Made by a program: the position numbers and the translations under genes. This document shows, one piece after another, positions 20,328 to 32,672 of a stretch of 48,957 nt of DNA (the first letter of the stretch is position 1; each line of letters opens with the position of its first letter). The stretch lies in contig JAHBMJ010000362.1 in NCBI GenBank assembly GCA_018398765.1, positions 1-48,957 on the forward strand. The letters run 5' to 3'. This DNA is from Chromera velia (lineage: Eukaryota). Under the pieces are notes generated by a model. The model ran no database searches. It saw only the letters and a program-made list of their open reading frames with translations, and was not told the origin of the DNA.

Positions 20328-21291
20328 GTGAGTACTTCTCCTCCGACCCCCGTCTCCATCTGGAGGTGAGTTGGCTGTGGGGCTGCAAGTGCCGTCTCCT
20401 CTCTGACACTACGGTCCCTCCTGCTGCAGGGAAAATGAGATATCCAGCATGAGCACTCTCCCGCTTTTGTGCTACGGGTACCGTTAGAGTCCAGTGGTTG
20501 TTCGTTCTTCGCTGAATTGAGGACGCAAAGACAGCCCGTTCGTTTCCCACAAGTACTGACTCATCCCTCAGCCAGGAGGGGTCCCTCTTATGGTTTTTCT
20601 TCGCTTGCCGCTCATTATCGATCATTTTTTTTTCTCTATCTAAGTAATCCACTTGTCTCTCCCTGCTTGCCTTCCAACATCACCCCTTTCGATGCTGAGA
20701 TGCGCATCTTCCTTCCTTCACACTCCTCCCCTCCAGGCTACATAGGGGGACAGGCCAGCGTTTGTCTGACATGAGCGCCCTTTTTTTGTGCTTGCCTTCC
20801 CGACTGTCGGTCCATGAGTGGACCGGGTTTCATTTCTTTGACATGCGCGCCCTTTTTTTGTGCTTGCTCTCTCTCTCTCTGTGCACATGGAAAGAAAACA
20901 ACCCTTCCTTTTCAATGCTGAACTGCTCCTCGTCACGTTCTTTTCGTTTGCGCTTTTTTCACGCTCTTCTGCGTTTTTCCTTTCAATCGGTCGTTCTGTC
21001 AGAAGAGACCCCCTTTTTCGCTTCGGCTTTATTGAGTGCTTCTTTCTGTCTTGAGACGGTAATCTCAGAGAGATGCCGATCGAGTTGGGGGTTTTTGTTT
21101 TCTGTGAATATCGTGCTCTTAAAATGATTTGAATCCTTTCAGCGGATCCCGAGAGTCTTCTTCATGTGAGCAAGATTAGTCAGACGCTGATGTGCACAAA
21201 AGCTCCTTTTCCGCCTTTTGAGCGGTTGTCGGAGGGCCGTGTTTTTTCTGCTTGATTGCCTTTCGCCTCGAACTATGCCTGTCTGCCGCAG

Positions 21292-21328
<37 letters not shown>

Positions 21329-21401
21329 GTGTTTGTCTGTTGTGTTCATGAAGAAAAGGAGGGAGAAGAAAAAGAAACACATTGTCTGTCTGTCTGTCTG
21401 T

Positions 21402-21628
21402 CTGTCTGTCTTGTCTGTCTTGTCTGTCTTGTCTGTCTTGTCTGTCTTGTCTGTCTTGTCTGTCTTGTCTGTCTTGTCTGTCTGGTCTGTCTGGTCTGTC
21501 TGGTCTGTCTGGTCTGTCTGGTCTGTCTGGTCTGTCTGGTCTGTCTGGTCTGTCTGGTCTGTCTGGTCTGTCTGGTCTGTCTGGTCTGTCTGGTCTGTCT
21601 GGTCTGTCTGGTCTGTCTGGTCTGTCTG

Positions 21629-21640
<12 letters not shown>
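21402..21640. repeat. 9-bp tandem repeat, (TGTCTGTCT)n switching to (GGTCTGTCT)n
   Basis: Directly visible; derived from flanking (TCTG)n. Confidence 0.92.
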
Positions 21641-21667
<27 letters not shown>

Positions 21668-21670
<3 letters not shown>

Positions 21671-21905
21671 GGAGAGGCAAGGGGCGCTTATCTCTCACCT
21701 TTCGGGCCCCCTGCCCACTTTGTCTGAGTTGTCGTGATGTTCTTTTGTCTTTGTGACTTTCTTCCTTTTTGTCTGTTGTGCTCATGAAGAAAAGAAGGGA
21801 GAAGAAGAAACCATATAGTCTGTCTGTCTGTGTCTGTCTGTCTGTCTGTCTGTCTGTTCATGAAGAAAAGGAGGGAGAAGAAGAAGAAACGTATGGTCTG
21901 TCTGT
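21668..21905. repeat. Dispersed structured short repeat, copy 3 (5'-truncated), with duplicated companion motif
   Basis: Core at 21669-21716; CATGAAGAAAAG..GGGAGAAGAA..AAC at about 21347, 21783 and 21859. Confidence 0.85.
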
Positions 21906-23111
21906 CTGTCACAGAGGGCCTTCATTATGCCCCATTGCTTTTTTTCTTTCTTTCTTCCTTTCTTTCTGTCATTGTGCCAGAAGAGGCCGCGGCCGCTGTT
22001 TTCATTCGTGAGGGCTTCTCTCTTTGCATTCCGTACGTGTGTCACCAAAGGGCCTGTTTTTGGTGCGGAGTTGCTTTCCTTCTTTCAGTTGGTCTAACGG
22101 TCACACAAGGCCCCTCTCTTTTCTCTCAATTGCGCTGCCTCCTTGCAAGACAGTAGCCATGCTCAATTGCCTCTCTCGAGTTTCGTTCGTTTCCCTAAGT
22201 TCTTCCCAGCGGCCCCATTTCCTTCCGTTGCGGGTGGACTGCGCCCCTTCGATCGTTTTGTTGCGTTAACTGCTGGAAAGTAGTCCGTGTTCTCTTTTTT
22301 TCTGTCCCTCTTGGCTGTCTTTCCCCTCTTTTTGCGTCAATTTTCTCTCAGAACACGTCGCCTTTTTCTGCATTATATTTTCTGGTGTCTGGTGCTACAA
22401 TTCGTCTGTGTGCTGACAGTGCAGCCGACTCACTGCTGATTACTGGTGAGGCGTTTTTGCATGTGCCCTTACGGGTCCTTTGACGTGTCTCATCGCTCCG
22501 ACTGCTATCAAAGTGCAAACACAGTGCGAAAAATGTATTGTAAAAAAGGGGGAAGAAAAGAAGCAGAGGAATCAAGTATTTTGCTTTTGTATAAACTTAG
22601 TGCAAAGGTGTTTAATCATGGAATATATTTATTCACTAGTTACTCACTTCAAAAGTAATATAATCAGGAGTATATTCAGGAATATATTCCTAAATTAATT
22701 AAGGGGGGGGCTGCACCGGCGCGTGCATGGCTAGCCCGGGCTGCATGGGCTGGGCCATGCATGCAGTGCACTGGATGTGCACAAGCCTCTAGGCTACTCC
22801 CAAAACATTTGTTTTTATAACGTAAAAAAAAAATTACGCACCATCAGAATGACCAAAGGTATTAAAGACTAGTAAGAATCGGACTTTGGCTAATTAATCA
22901 CTTTATTCAATCACATTCAATCACTTCATGGAATAATTAAATATATTTTAATCACAAGTGACTAAACACCTTTGACTTAGTGGCCCATTTAGTGGCTTCT
23001 ATTTTGAAAAAACTGTTTCATGCCCTCAAACAAAGAGACTTAACATTACCAAACATATATTCCAAAAATTTATAAAACTTAGATTATCTGAACATGTTAA
23101 AAAGCATGTGC

Positions 23112-25471
23112 TACCCCCAGGGTGCTGGTCAGAAAGCCGTTTTTGAAATGGGAAGATGCCGGTGGGCCGAAGGCCCACCAAAGGCCCACCGGAGAAGTTT
23201 CCGGTAGGCGTCGTAGGCGCCGCCGGGAAACTGCCGGTAAGTGCCGAAGGCGCCGCCCGGACACTGCCGATGGGCGCCGAAGCGCGCTGCCTGGACCTTG
23301 CCGGTGGGCGCCGAAGGCCGGCGCCGCTTGCATGGACCTTGTCGGAGGCATGACGTGACACTGCATGTGTATGGACGCATGCATGCATGTACATCGTTCG
23401 TTGATCATCGGTGTTTTTGCATGAGTCCCGATGACTCTGGTCTCTCATGTCTTTCAATGTCTTCTCATGTTTTTTCCATCAACTTGGCAGTCTGCACCGG
23501 AGGCTCCGGAGCCGAGACCAGAGCCAAAATGAAGATAGTGTTCTGCCCAGCCTTTCTTTGCAACTTATAGAGGGAGGGACTCAGCCGTCTCCTTCAATCA
23601 GAATCCGTCTCCGTCCGTCTCCTACGGTCTCCTGTCATGTTCTGCCGTCTACGCGAAGCGGAGGCAGTTATGCAGCCAGTCAGATCCAGGGAGCCCCTCC
23701 GTCAATCACTCACTGACAGCCAGGCTGAGCCAGTCAATCAGTCAGCCAGTCAGCTTGTCAACCAGCAAGCCAGTCAGTCAGTCTGCCAGTCAGCCAGCCA
23801 CTGGCAGTCAACCAGCAAGTCAGCGTAAGTCAGCCAGTGAGTCAGTCTGACTCAGCCAGTCAGTTAGCCAGTCAGTCAGTGAGTCAGTGAGTCAGTGAGT
23901 CAGTCAGTCAGTCAGTCAGTCAGTGAGTCAGTCAGTGAGCCAGTCAGTCAGCCAGTCAGTCGGAGAGTCAGTCAGTTAGTCAGTCAGTCATGAGTAAGTC
24001 AGTCAGTCAGTGAGTCAGTCAGTAAGCCAGTGAGTCAGCCAGATTCAGCCAGTCAGTCAGTCAGTGAGTCATAAGACAGTCAGTCAGCGAGTCAGTCAGC
24101 CAGACAGTGAGTCAGTCAGTCAGTAATTAAGTCAGCCTGTCAGTTAGCCTGCCAGTCAATCAGTAAGTCAGCGCAAGTCAGCCAGCCACTCAGCGCGCGC
24201 GAGTCATTCCGCAAGTCGGGCAGTTAGTCAGCCGCGGTCAGTCAGTGAGTCAGTGAGTCAGTCAGTCAGTCAGTCAGTCAGTCAGTCAGTCAGTCAGTCA
24301 GCGTCAGTCAGTCAGTCAGTCAGTCAGTCGGTCAGTCAGTCAGTCAGTGAGTCAGTCAGTCATGAGTCAGTTAGTCAGTCAGTGAGTTAGTCAGTCAATG
24401 AGTCAGAGAGTCAGTTAGTCAGTGAATCAGTAAGTTAGTCAGTCAGTCAGTCAGTCACTGATAGTCAGTCAGTCAGTCAGTCAGTCAGAGTGAGTCATGA
24501 GTTATGAGTCCCTCAGTCAGTCAGTCAGTAAGCCAGACAGTGAGTCAGTCAGTCAGTCAGTCTGTCAGTAACTTAAAGTCAGCCAGTCAGTCAGCCTGCC
24601 AGTTAACCAGTAAGTCAGCGCAAGTCAGCCTGCCAGTCAGCCCGCGCGAGTCATTCCGTAAGTCAAGCAGTCTCAGCTGGTCAGTCAGTGAGTCAGTCAG
24701 TGAGTCATGAGTCGTGTCAGTCAGTCAGTCAGTCAGTCAGTCAGTCAGCCAGTCAGTGAGTCAGATGTGAGTCAGTCAATCAGTGAGTCAGTGAGCCAGA
24801 CAGTGAGTCAGTCAGTCAGTCAGTCAGTCTGTCAGTAAGTCAGCCAGTCAGTCAGCCTACTAGTCAACCAGTAAGTCAGCGCCAGTCATTCCGCAAGTCA
24901 GCCAGTCAGTCAGCCAGTTAGCCAATTAGTAAGCCGGTCAGCCGTGAGGGCCTTCCTGAAGAAGAGGACGTGGAGTCGCAGCTAGCTTTGAAGACGGGTG
25001 CAAAAAGCGAAGTGTACAGCTTAAACAGTGCATTCGGAAGAAAGAGGCGCTCTGTGACCGGTTCGGGTCAGGTTGGGACGATTCTAACTCTGATGTGCCA
25101 CTGTGCCAGCAGCTAGCGCAAGGGAAACACGGCCAGATGCAGCAAGATGTTTCAATGGAGGATAAAAATCAAATTTCTTTTTTAAGAAAAATTCTAAGAA
25201 AAGATACTTTAAAATAATTTTAATATATCATTTTATAGTACAATATTTAGTCACTACTACTCTACTAGAACTATGTCATTATTTTTATAAACTTCTTTTT
25301 CACTACATACATATATAATAATATAAATACTTATAAATATTATTTTTCAGGCAAAATCTGGTATGAAGCGGTTTTTGAGTGGGAAACTGCCGGTGGTTTG
25401 TTTTTTTCATGGGAAAAGGCCGGTAAGTGGTATGAAAGAGCCTATAAAATCTGACTAGCGCCCGGGGGGTA
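23112..25471. mobile_element. Non-autonomous DNA transposon with about 22-bp imperfect TIRs and an 8-bp target-site duplication
   Basis: Left end TACCCCCAGGGTGCTGGTCAGA versus right-end reverse complement TACCCCCCGGGCGCTAGTCAGA (3 mismatches). GCATGTGC is directly repeated at 23104-23111 and 25472-25479. GGGAAA.TGCCGGT-type subterminal repeats occur at both ends. No transposase. Confidence 0.82.
23700..24940. repeat. Degenerate (CAGT)n/(GAGT)n satellite with higher-order repeats, inside the TIR element
   Basis: Directly visible; a block resembling CAACCAGTAAGTCAGCGCAAGTCAGCC recurs at about 23810, 24160, 24605 and 24865. Confidence 0.92.
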
Positions 25472-25615
25472 GCATGTGCATAATTGAAGTAGATTAAGTG
25501 ATAAGTGATAAGTGTTTTATTGCTGCCCTTGAGCACTGTCGCCGTTTTGTCTTGAAGAGGTCGCCCCGCAAACAGCAAGGTTATATCCTGCTATATCCTA
25601 CTACTAGGCAGTCAT

Positions 25616-26340
25616 TGTTAGAACGAACGTCCTGGTTACATGAGCAGCAGTGAGATTGTGTAGAGACAAAAGCATACGACCGACCTTTATGCAGTTATGC
25701 GCCGCCAATCATTATCACCTTGCATGTGCGGTGCATATTCTCATCTGATTTGTTCTGGTCTCTGGTCGGTGCATGTGAGTCCATGCATTATTCTCGTGAA
25801 GGTTCAATTTGGAGACGTGGTATGCATGCGACGCCATCAGTCCACGTGCATGCACGCATCGCCGTGAGGACCGATCGATCCATCTACGCATACCGTTTGA
25901 TCTGTTGTACAACTGTTGTACATGTGTTGTTGGCGATCGACTTCATGCATTGTAATGAGTGCCTGGATGACACTTGTACATCAACAAATAGGAAAGGAGC
26001 GATTCAATTAAGAAGTGGTAGATGTGCATTTCTCAAAGGGCCTATCGATGCATGGCGAGCCGATTAGTCGATCGACTGTCGAGATCGATCGATCGACTTT
26101 CACTCTGCGTATTGATTCCATCCTGCCTCGATCGATTGAGCCTCTTTATGGTACTACTCAGGTTAGTCCTTTCGATTGACAGACTTCTGTGTATGTGTAT
26201 GGACTTCGGACATCAGGTCATCAGATCACAGCATCATCCTTTGGCTTTCTGTTTCTAGTCTGTCTGCTAAGGACTAGCTCTTTACTTTTGATTCCTATAC
26301 TTCTCCGTCGGTCTATCTCGACCATCCTCATTGTCTTATA
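25616..26340 (+). repeat. 5' LTR
   Basis: Ungapped match to 27746-28470 with 37 differences by manual count (about 95% identity). Confidence 0.93.
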
Positions 26341-26365
26341 TCAGTGTGTCAGACTGATTGGAAAG

Positions 26366-27270
26366 ATGACAACTGTCTCTTCCATTTCAGTTCGCCTTTT
26401 CAAAGCCTTCGGTGTTGCGCACTTTAAGAAGTGGAAAGGAAGCTTCCGCAGAGCAGTCCTTCTTCTTCAAGCAACCACTACAGAAGATGACCTGAAGAAA
26501 ATGTACATGCAGTCAGCGTTTAACGTAACTGCAGGTGTTTTTTAGCGGGTCGTCCCCGACTGGACGGCGAACCAGAAGGCCCTCGATGAGATTCTCACGG
26601 ACTTGGAGGCCTTGTACCTTGATAATATCAAGAAGCAGAGGGTTGACGCCTTGCGGGTCATCCACAACATCCGACAGCGACACGACGAGGACTCAAAGAT
26701 CTTCTTTGACCGCTTCTTTGCTGCTGTGCATACGAGGCCACCCTCCCCGCTGGCCAGATCATGTCGGACTCCGACAAGTCCGTCTACCTGATGAACGCCC
26801 TCATTGACCAGAAGAAGGAGAAGGTCGCCATCCTGATGGGTGACCGCGACACCTGGGCAGCCCTGCAGGATGCGATGAAGAGTCTCTTCCGGGTAGAGGC
26901 TCTCTCAGGCAAGACCAAGAACCCCGCCGTCATTGGCAACACTTCTGACTTCTCTTCCATGGCCGGCCTCTCCATGAAATCCACCACCAAGCCGAACAAG
27001 TTCCTAGCTAACAGAGTTGAACAAGGAGAGAGGACGTATCATAACTGTGGATTCCGTCTCGAAGCTCAGGCTTCGCACCGCTGCCCTACGTGAGGCAAGC
27101 AGTGCAACTCGTGTGGAAAGGGAGGCCATTTTGCACGCGTGTGCAGAAGCACCAAAAGCGCAGACGCACTCGAAGATTATCGCGCAGGTTCTTCTTCTAC
27201 TCCCCCTGCCGAGGTGAAGAATGAAAAGAAGGTTACCTTCATGGACGACTATAGCACCTCAAAGGAGTAG
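26366..27270 (+). pseudogene. gag: gag pseudogene with CCHC zinc knuckle
   Basis: Retrotransposon-gag-like IRQRHDEDSKIFFDRF and knuckle CNSCGKGGHFARVC (27103-27144). Disabled by TAG at 26543, a frameshift near 26730 and TGA at 27091. Confidence 0.85.
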
Positions 27271-27745
27271 ATCTGCTAGATCGGGGGTGCGGCTCCGATT
27301 TGAAGATCGGTCTGTTCTCTGGTCTGTTTCTGTTGTTACTCTCCTCCCATCTGTGAAAGGAGAGACTCGCTTTTCGGTCATCGGTTCTTTGGTTGCATGA
27401 GACTCAGTTTGCAATTGAGTGCATGCATGGTCGTTCGGTCTCTTTCTGTCTTTGTATCTTTGGTCATCGGTCACCGGTCAAGATTGGTTACACGGTCATT
27501 AGACATACCTAATCTGATTCTATCTGATTTCTGGTCTGCTTCCTCTTACTTGGTTTTAGGCCATCCGTTTCAAGATTGATCGTTTTATCTCTTTCATAAC
27601 GTTTCTTCTGACTTGCATTCCGTTTGTGACAATGTCTCCTCTCTTTATAAATGAGCTTTCATTCGTTTTTCCTGCGTGCTTTCGTTCTTATCGTTTGCGC
27701 TTCTGCTGATCGAATCCCTAGAGCGTCAGCGCAAAGGGGGTGATC

Positions 27746-28470
27746 TGTTAAAACAAACGTCCTGGTTATATGAGCAGCAGTGCGATTGTGTGGAGACAAA
27801 AGTATAGGGCCGACCCTTATGCAGTTGTGCGCCGCCAATCATTGTCACCTTGCATGCGTGGTGCATATTCTCATCTGATTTGTTCTGGTCTCTGGTCGGT
27901 GCATGTGAGTCCATGCATTATTCTCGTGAAGGTTCAATTTAGAGACGTGGTGTGCATGCGACGCCATTAGTCTGCGCGCATGCATGCGTCGCCGTGAGGA
28001 CCGATCGATCCATCTACGCGTACCGTTTGATCTGTTGTACAACTGTTGTGCATGTGTTGTTGGCAATCGACTTCATGCATTATAATGAGTGCCTGGATGA
28101 CACTTGTACATCAACAAATAGGAAAGGAGCGATTCAATTAAGAAGTGGTAGATGTGTATTTCTCAAAGGGCTTATCGATGCATGGCGAGCCAATTAGTCG
28201 ATCGACTGTCGAGATCGATCGATCGACTTTCACTCTGCGTATTGATTCCATCCTGCCTCGATCGATTAAGCCTCTTTATAGTACTACTCAGGTTAGTCCT
28301 TTCGATTGACAGACTTCTGTGTATATGTATAGACTTCGGACATCAGGTCGTCAGGTCACAGTATCATTCTTTGGCTTTCTGTTTCTAGTCTGTCTGCTAA
28401 GGACTAGCTCTTTACTTTTGATTCCTATACTTCTCCATCGGTCTATCTCGACCATCCTCATTGTCTTATA
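27746..28470 (+). repeat. 3' LTR
   Basis: Direct repeat of 25616-26340 at offset 2130. Confidence 0.93.
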
Positions 28471-28789
28471 GTAATTCATTCTGTTATATGTTTTTGTAGC
28501 CAAATTTTGTTTACTAGTCACTAGGCAGTCATATTAGCTGACATTGATTGTTTTATGAATTCGTATGGCACTTGCCTATACTTGCTTACCTCTTTAATTT
28601 ACTTAAATTCACTGATAGTGATCCAAATGCATTGATATTTAACAAAACATACAAAAACATCTGTTCAAACTTTAGTGATAAAACAAAATTGTTTAAAACA
28701 ATAAAAAAGACTGAAACTCAGACTTTAGTGAGCCGATGTGAGCTGTATTTGTGTTTTAAAAAAAGTAACGTTCGGCTGTAAAATTTGTG

Positions 28790-28950
28790 GTCACCGCCCG
28801 CGCCCCCCCCCCGGCCATGCAGGGCCGGCCGGCCAGCGCGAGGCACGCCGCGCACGCAATTGCATTGTAAAATTTGTCCATCATTGCAGTGCAACACACC
28901 ATGCAATAACACACCATGCATAACTTGCAACTTTCATGCAAGTGATATGC
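28790..28950. promoter_or_regulatory. GC-rich island with ATGCA/TGCA motifs upstream of the GBP gene
   Basis: Composition resembles the 8790-8890 island; AACACACCATGCA occurs twice; about 330 bp before the inferred ATG. Confidence 0.3.
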
Positions 28951-29277
28951 AAGTCACCTAAGACTGTTTTGGGCCAAAGTTTCTCTTTTCCTGTAAATTC
29001 TTCTGCATCCTCACTGTTTCTGTCGTGTTCGTGCACGAACAATGTGAGCCAAGGACCAGTCATCGATCAAGAGTGGTTCGGTCAGCGGATAACTGCTGGA
29101 CTCGTCTGCAAGACTTCAGTGTTTCTGTTCGTATCGGTGGGGCGAAACAAACTGATTGACCTGCCTGTACAGATTGGTGCTACGGGAACCGTTTCTGGTC
29201 TTTCGTCTGCTCACAACGCTCTTTGACGATCTATGAAACACCTTTCATTGCCCTAATACTGGACTGTAGTTTCAAAG

Positions 29278-32065
29278 ATGCGGCCCGGCAACACGACTCC
29301 CACGAAGGGTGTAGTGCTCCAACCTGCACCCAGGCCGATGATGCATCACCACACGCTCTCCCGGTCTCTTGGAGCCTCATCGTCCTCTCGTGCTCCTGGA
29401 TCAATGGGAGGAGGAGACCCCTTTCCCTCCTCCCTCGAGGACAGACCGTCATTCCCCCAGCCTCTTCCCGAGAAACCGGCAAGGGCTGCAGGAGCCGTAT
29501 CAAGACACAACAATAATCTGCATGGGGGCTCCAGAGAGGTGACGTGGAAGGATAGCGGCAGCACTGCAGCGGGGACAAGCAAGAGGAGGCCAAAGGGAGA
29601 TCCAGACAGAAACCATTCCGTGTCATCTAGAGGTAGGGGGGGAGGAACAGCGTGGTTTCACCGGTTGCAAACAGAGCCGTCTCCTCTTGTGACCCGCATA
29701 TCTTCTTCCGTCTCGCCGGCCTGTCTACCAGGCATGCAGTCCGGATTCCTGCCAGTCTGGGTGTATGTATGCCGGTCTGCATTGCCAACGCATTTGAAAG
29801 TCCTGTGCGCTGATGCTTGTGCGGGCGTGCGTGTGTGAGGGTACCGTCTGCTTCCTTCATGGTACTTTGGCGACAGCTAGGGAGTTGATGTATTGGTGCC
29901 TCACTCACTCATGGCATTCCTTTCGAATGATTCCTGTCTGATTTCTGATTATGTCTCCTTCCTCTCCGCTCTCCTTTTGTCTGGCATCCCGATCTCTCCT
30001 CTGCTCTTGTCTGTGTGTGTGCAGCTGTGGAGCCTCCGAAGTTCATTCCTCCAGCACCAATCCTGGACTGTGGTGGGTTGGTCTGGCTCTTCCGTTTCTT
30101 TCGGGGTTTCTTGTTCTTTTTTCCATTCATATATACTTCTTTTTTGTCGGTACAATTTTGAGTCGGGGTTGGATTCATTCAATTTCTGCTTGCTTGTGTT
30201 GGCTTCCGTCTGTTCATTTTTGTGGCCTGTGACATGTCATCTTTGGGTAAAGCCTTTTCTTCTCTCCTCAATTACTTCACTTTCTAACGGTATGTTTTGT
30301 CTTCCTTCGGTTTTCCTTCCGTTCTCTTCCTCTCCGTCAGTCTGATATTGATGCTTCTGATTGCGGTTCCTCGCGAGTGTCGTGCTGTTGTGGACTGGAG
30401 TGAATCAATCCCGATTTTGGTTTTTTGGTTTTCTTCTGGTCAGGGTGTGAGGTGTTTCCTCTTCCTTGTGTGTGTTTGGGTTTGTATTTGTGTGTGTGTG
30501 TGTGTGTGTGTCCTGAGAGAAGTTTAATGCCGTCTTCCGTGTTTGCCTTGAAGATGTGGATATTTTTAATTTTTCAAGCCTGACAAAGTCATATGAGGCG
30601 CTCTCTGTTCCGTGCAGATAGCGGCTTTCCGATCCTCAACATTCCCGGCAAGGCTTCCGGTGGAGGGGGTGAAAAGTCGGGAGTGAGCATGGGGAGGTCG
30701 AGGGGAAGACACGGATTCGGGCCGCCGGACCGAGGGGGGGGGAGCATGGACAGTCTGGCTGAGGGGACTGTGGTGATGATGACTGGTGGAATCAGGGGAA
30801 GGGCTATAAGCCCAACAAAGTCGAGAAGCGACCTGAAGGTATCCTTCCAAAATTGGCCCTCGGTAGGTGTGCATTGTCTTCCTCTCTGTCGGTCTCTCTT
30901 GGTGTCTTTGGAGTGCACGGGGGGTATGGAAATGTGTTTTCCTTCTTTTTTTATATTTTTGGAGACTGGGTCATCTTTAGGCGACTTTGAGTCTGTTCTT
31001 TTCTCAAAAAGATCTTTTGTGAGTCTTTTCTGATCATTCTTCATGCAAAACAATAAACAATCTGCCGCGTCTCCCCAAAGTTTGTCTGAGTCCCCCCCCT
31101 CACATGAAGACTTTTCGTTCACAAATTCCTCCCCAAATCCAATCGGGTTCCGTTCCCTTGCAGGAACTCCAAAACGAACTCGCAGACTCTGCCGCCTCCC
31201 CTATGTGGACCCCTTCCCCTGCGGCCGTGAGGAGTGCGGGCGCCGCCACCACCCACCCCCTGGGTCTCTCTCTGGGTCCCGCCACCGCCACCATCTCCCC
31301 CTCCAAGCCCCACCCATACGATTGGACGCCCTCATCTCTGTCTCTCTCACAGAGCCAGCAAGGGGGTGTGGGGTCCCCTGCCCTCCTGGGTCGGTCCACT
31401 TCAAAGGACCCAAATCAAAACTCGACACTCGGAGGTTCTCCGAGTACAAACAGAAGCAACGCAGGATGGTCGGACAGAGATCCGAACCCCACACCCCCAA
31501 ACCTCTTGCAAGTGCCTCGTGGCGCCAGTGGAGGGGGCCCCGTCTCTCTGATGTCTGTTGCTGGACCTTCACAAGGGGGGGCGGTAGCTGGGAGTATTCA
31601 GCTTCCCATCCCATCAATGGGGGGGGGAGAGATCTCGACTCACTGTGCGTCAGAGCCGGGATGGAGTCCGGCAGGGAGCGGGTGGACGGGGACTTACTCA
31701 GAGAGACCACAGAGGGTCCGGGACGGGGGGCAGATGGCAACTTCATGGCAGGCAGGAACGCTGGGAGCACATCGGATGCGCACCTCAGGGAATGTGATGG
31801 TGGGGGGGGAGATCGTGAAGCCGTTGCAGCTGATTGCAGTCGACAGGGGAGAAGAGGGACAGGACCGTCTCCGCATATGTCAGTTGGCCTGTTTGTTTGT
31901 TTGTTTATTTGTTTGTTTGTTTGTTTGTTTGTTTATTTGTTTGCTTGTTTGTTTATTTGTTTGTTTGTTTGTGCAGTGAACATTTGAAGGGAGCTGGATG
32001 GAGATTCCTTAGGGCTCAAAATTTCCTTTCAGGCACGCAGAGACACGTTGAGAGCGAAGGTGGGG

Positions 32066-32105
<40 letters not shown>

Positions 32106-32618
32106 GAAATATGTACACAGAGACGCACGAACACACAAAAGCACGTAGAGACGCAGATAGAAAATCTCATTTCCTTTCTGATTTTCCTGTGCGTTTCAGG
32201 CCACGACGGTGCAGAGGCTCTACGAGACTTTCACCAGAACCAGCTGCCGAAAGGAAATCTGAATGTTGTCGCTTTCACGGGCCAAACACAGACGGGCAAG
32301 AGCCTTCTTGCGAATCTGGTGGCAGCCGAGTTTGGCTATCTGGGGGATCCGTTTGAAGTCGGGGAGAACGCGCAGAAGTGTACAGAGGTTCGTCGGCCCG
32401 TTTTTGGGTCTGTCTGCATGTCTGTTTGAGTGCGAAAGGAGAAGCGAAGAAAGGGGCGATAATGGTCGACGTGTGGTCGCGTGTGTGTCAATCTGTGTGT
32501 TGGTGTCTGTCTCGCTTTTTTACTTTCCTGGCAGAGAAAGGTGGGAATGAGCAAAGAGAACAGGTCGGCACTTGATCTCTCTCTGTCTCTATGTTTCACA
32601 TCCTGTCCACCTCTGTGG

Positions 32619-32672
<54 letters not shown>

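Larger units (their letters stand above)
25616..28470 (+). mobile_element. Gag-only (non-autonomous) LTR retrotransposon, 2855 bp
   Basis: Two colinear 725-bp LTRs starting TGTTA; purine tract AAAGGGGG just before the 3' LTR; flanks GTCAT/GTAAT as a probable 5-bp TSD with one mismatch; internal region holds only a decayed gag. Confidence 0.92.

Noticed and set aside
21218..21785. ORFs with CLV/SGL/DRP repeats
   Set aside because: Translation of a 9-bp tandem repeat.
23150..23330. Spaced GC-rich repeats resembling a CRISPR array
   Set aside because: Repeats are degenerate, have no unique spacers of regular length, have no cas genes nearby and are subterminal repeats of a TIR element.
22690..28860. 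Possible outer TTAA-flanked transposon enclosing the TIR and LTR elements
   Set aside because: No matching inverted terminus or TSD found; TTAAGG followed by GC-rich DNA also occurs at about 6629 and 8787 without partners.
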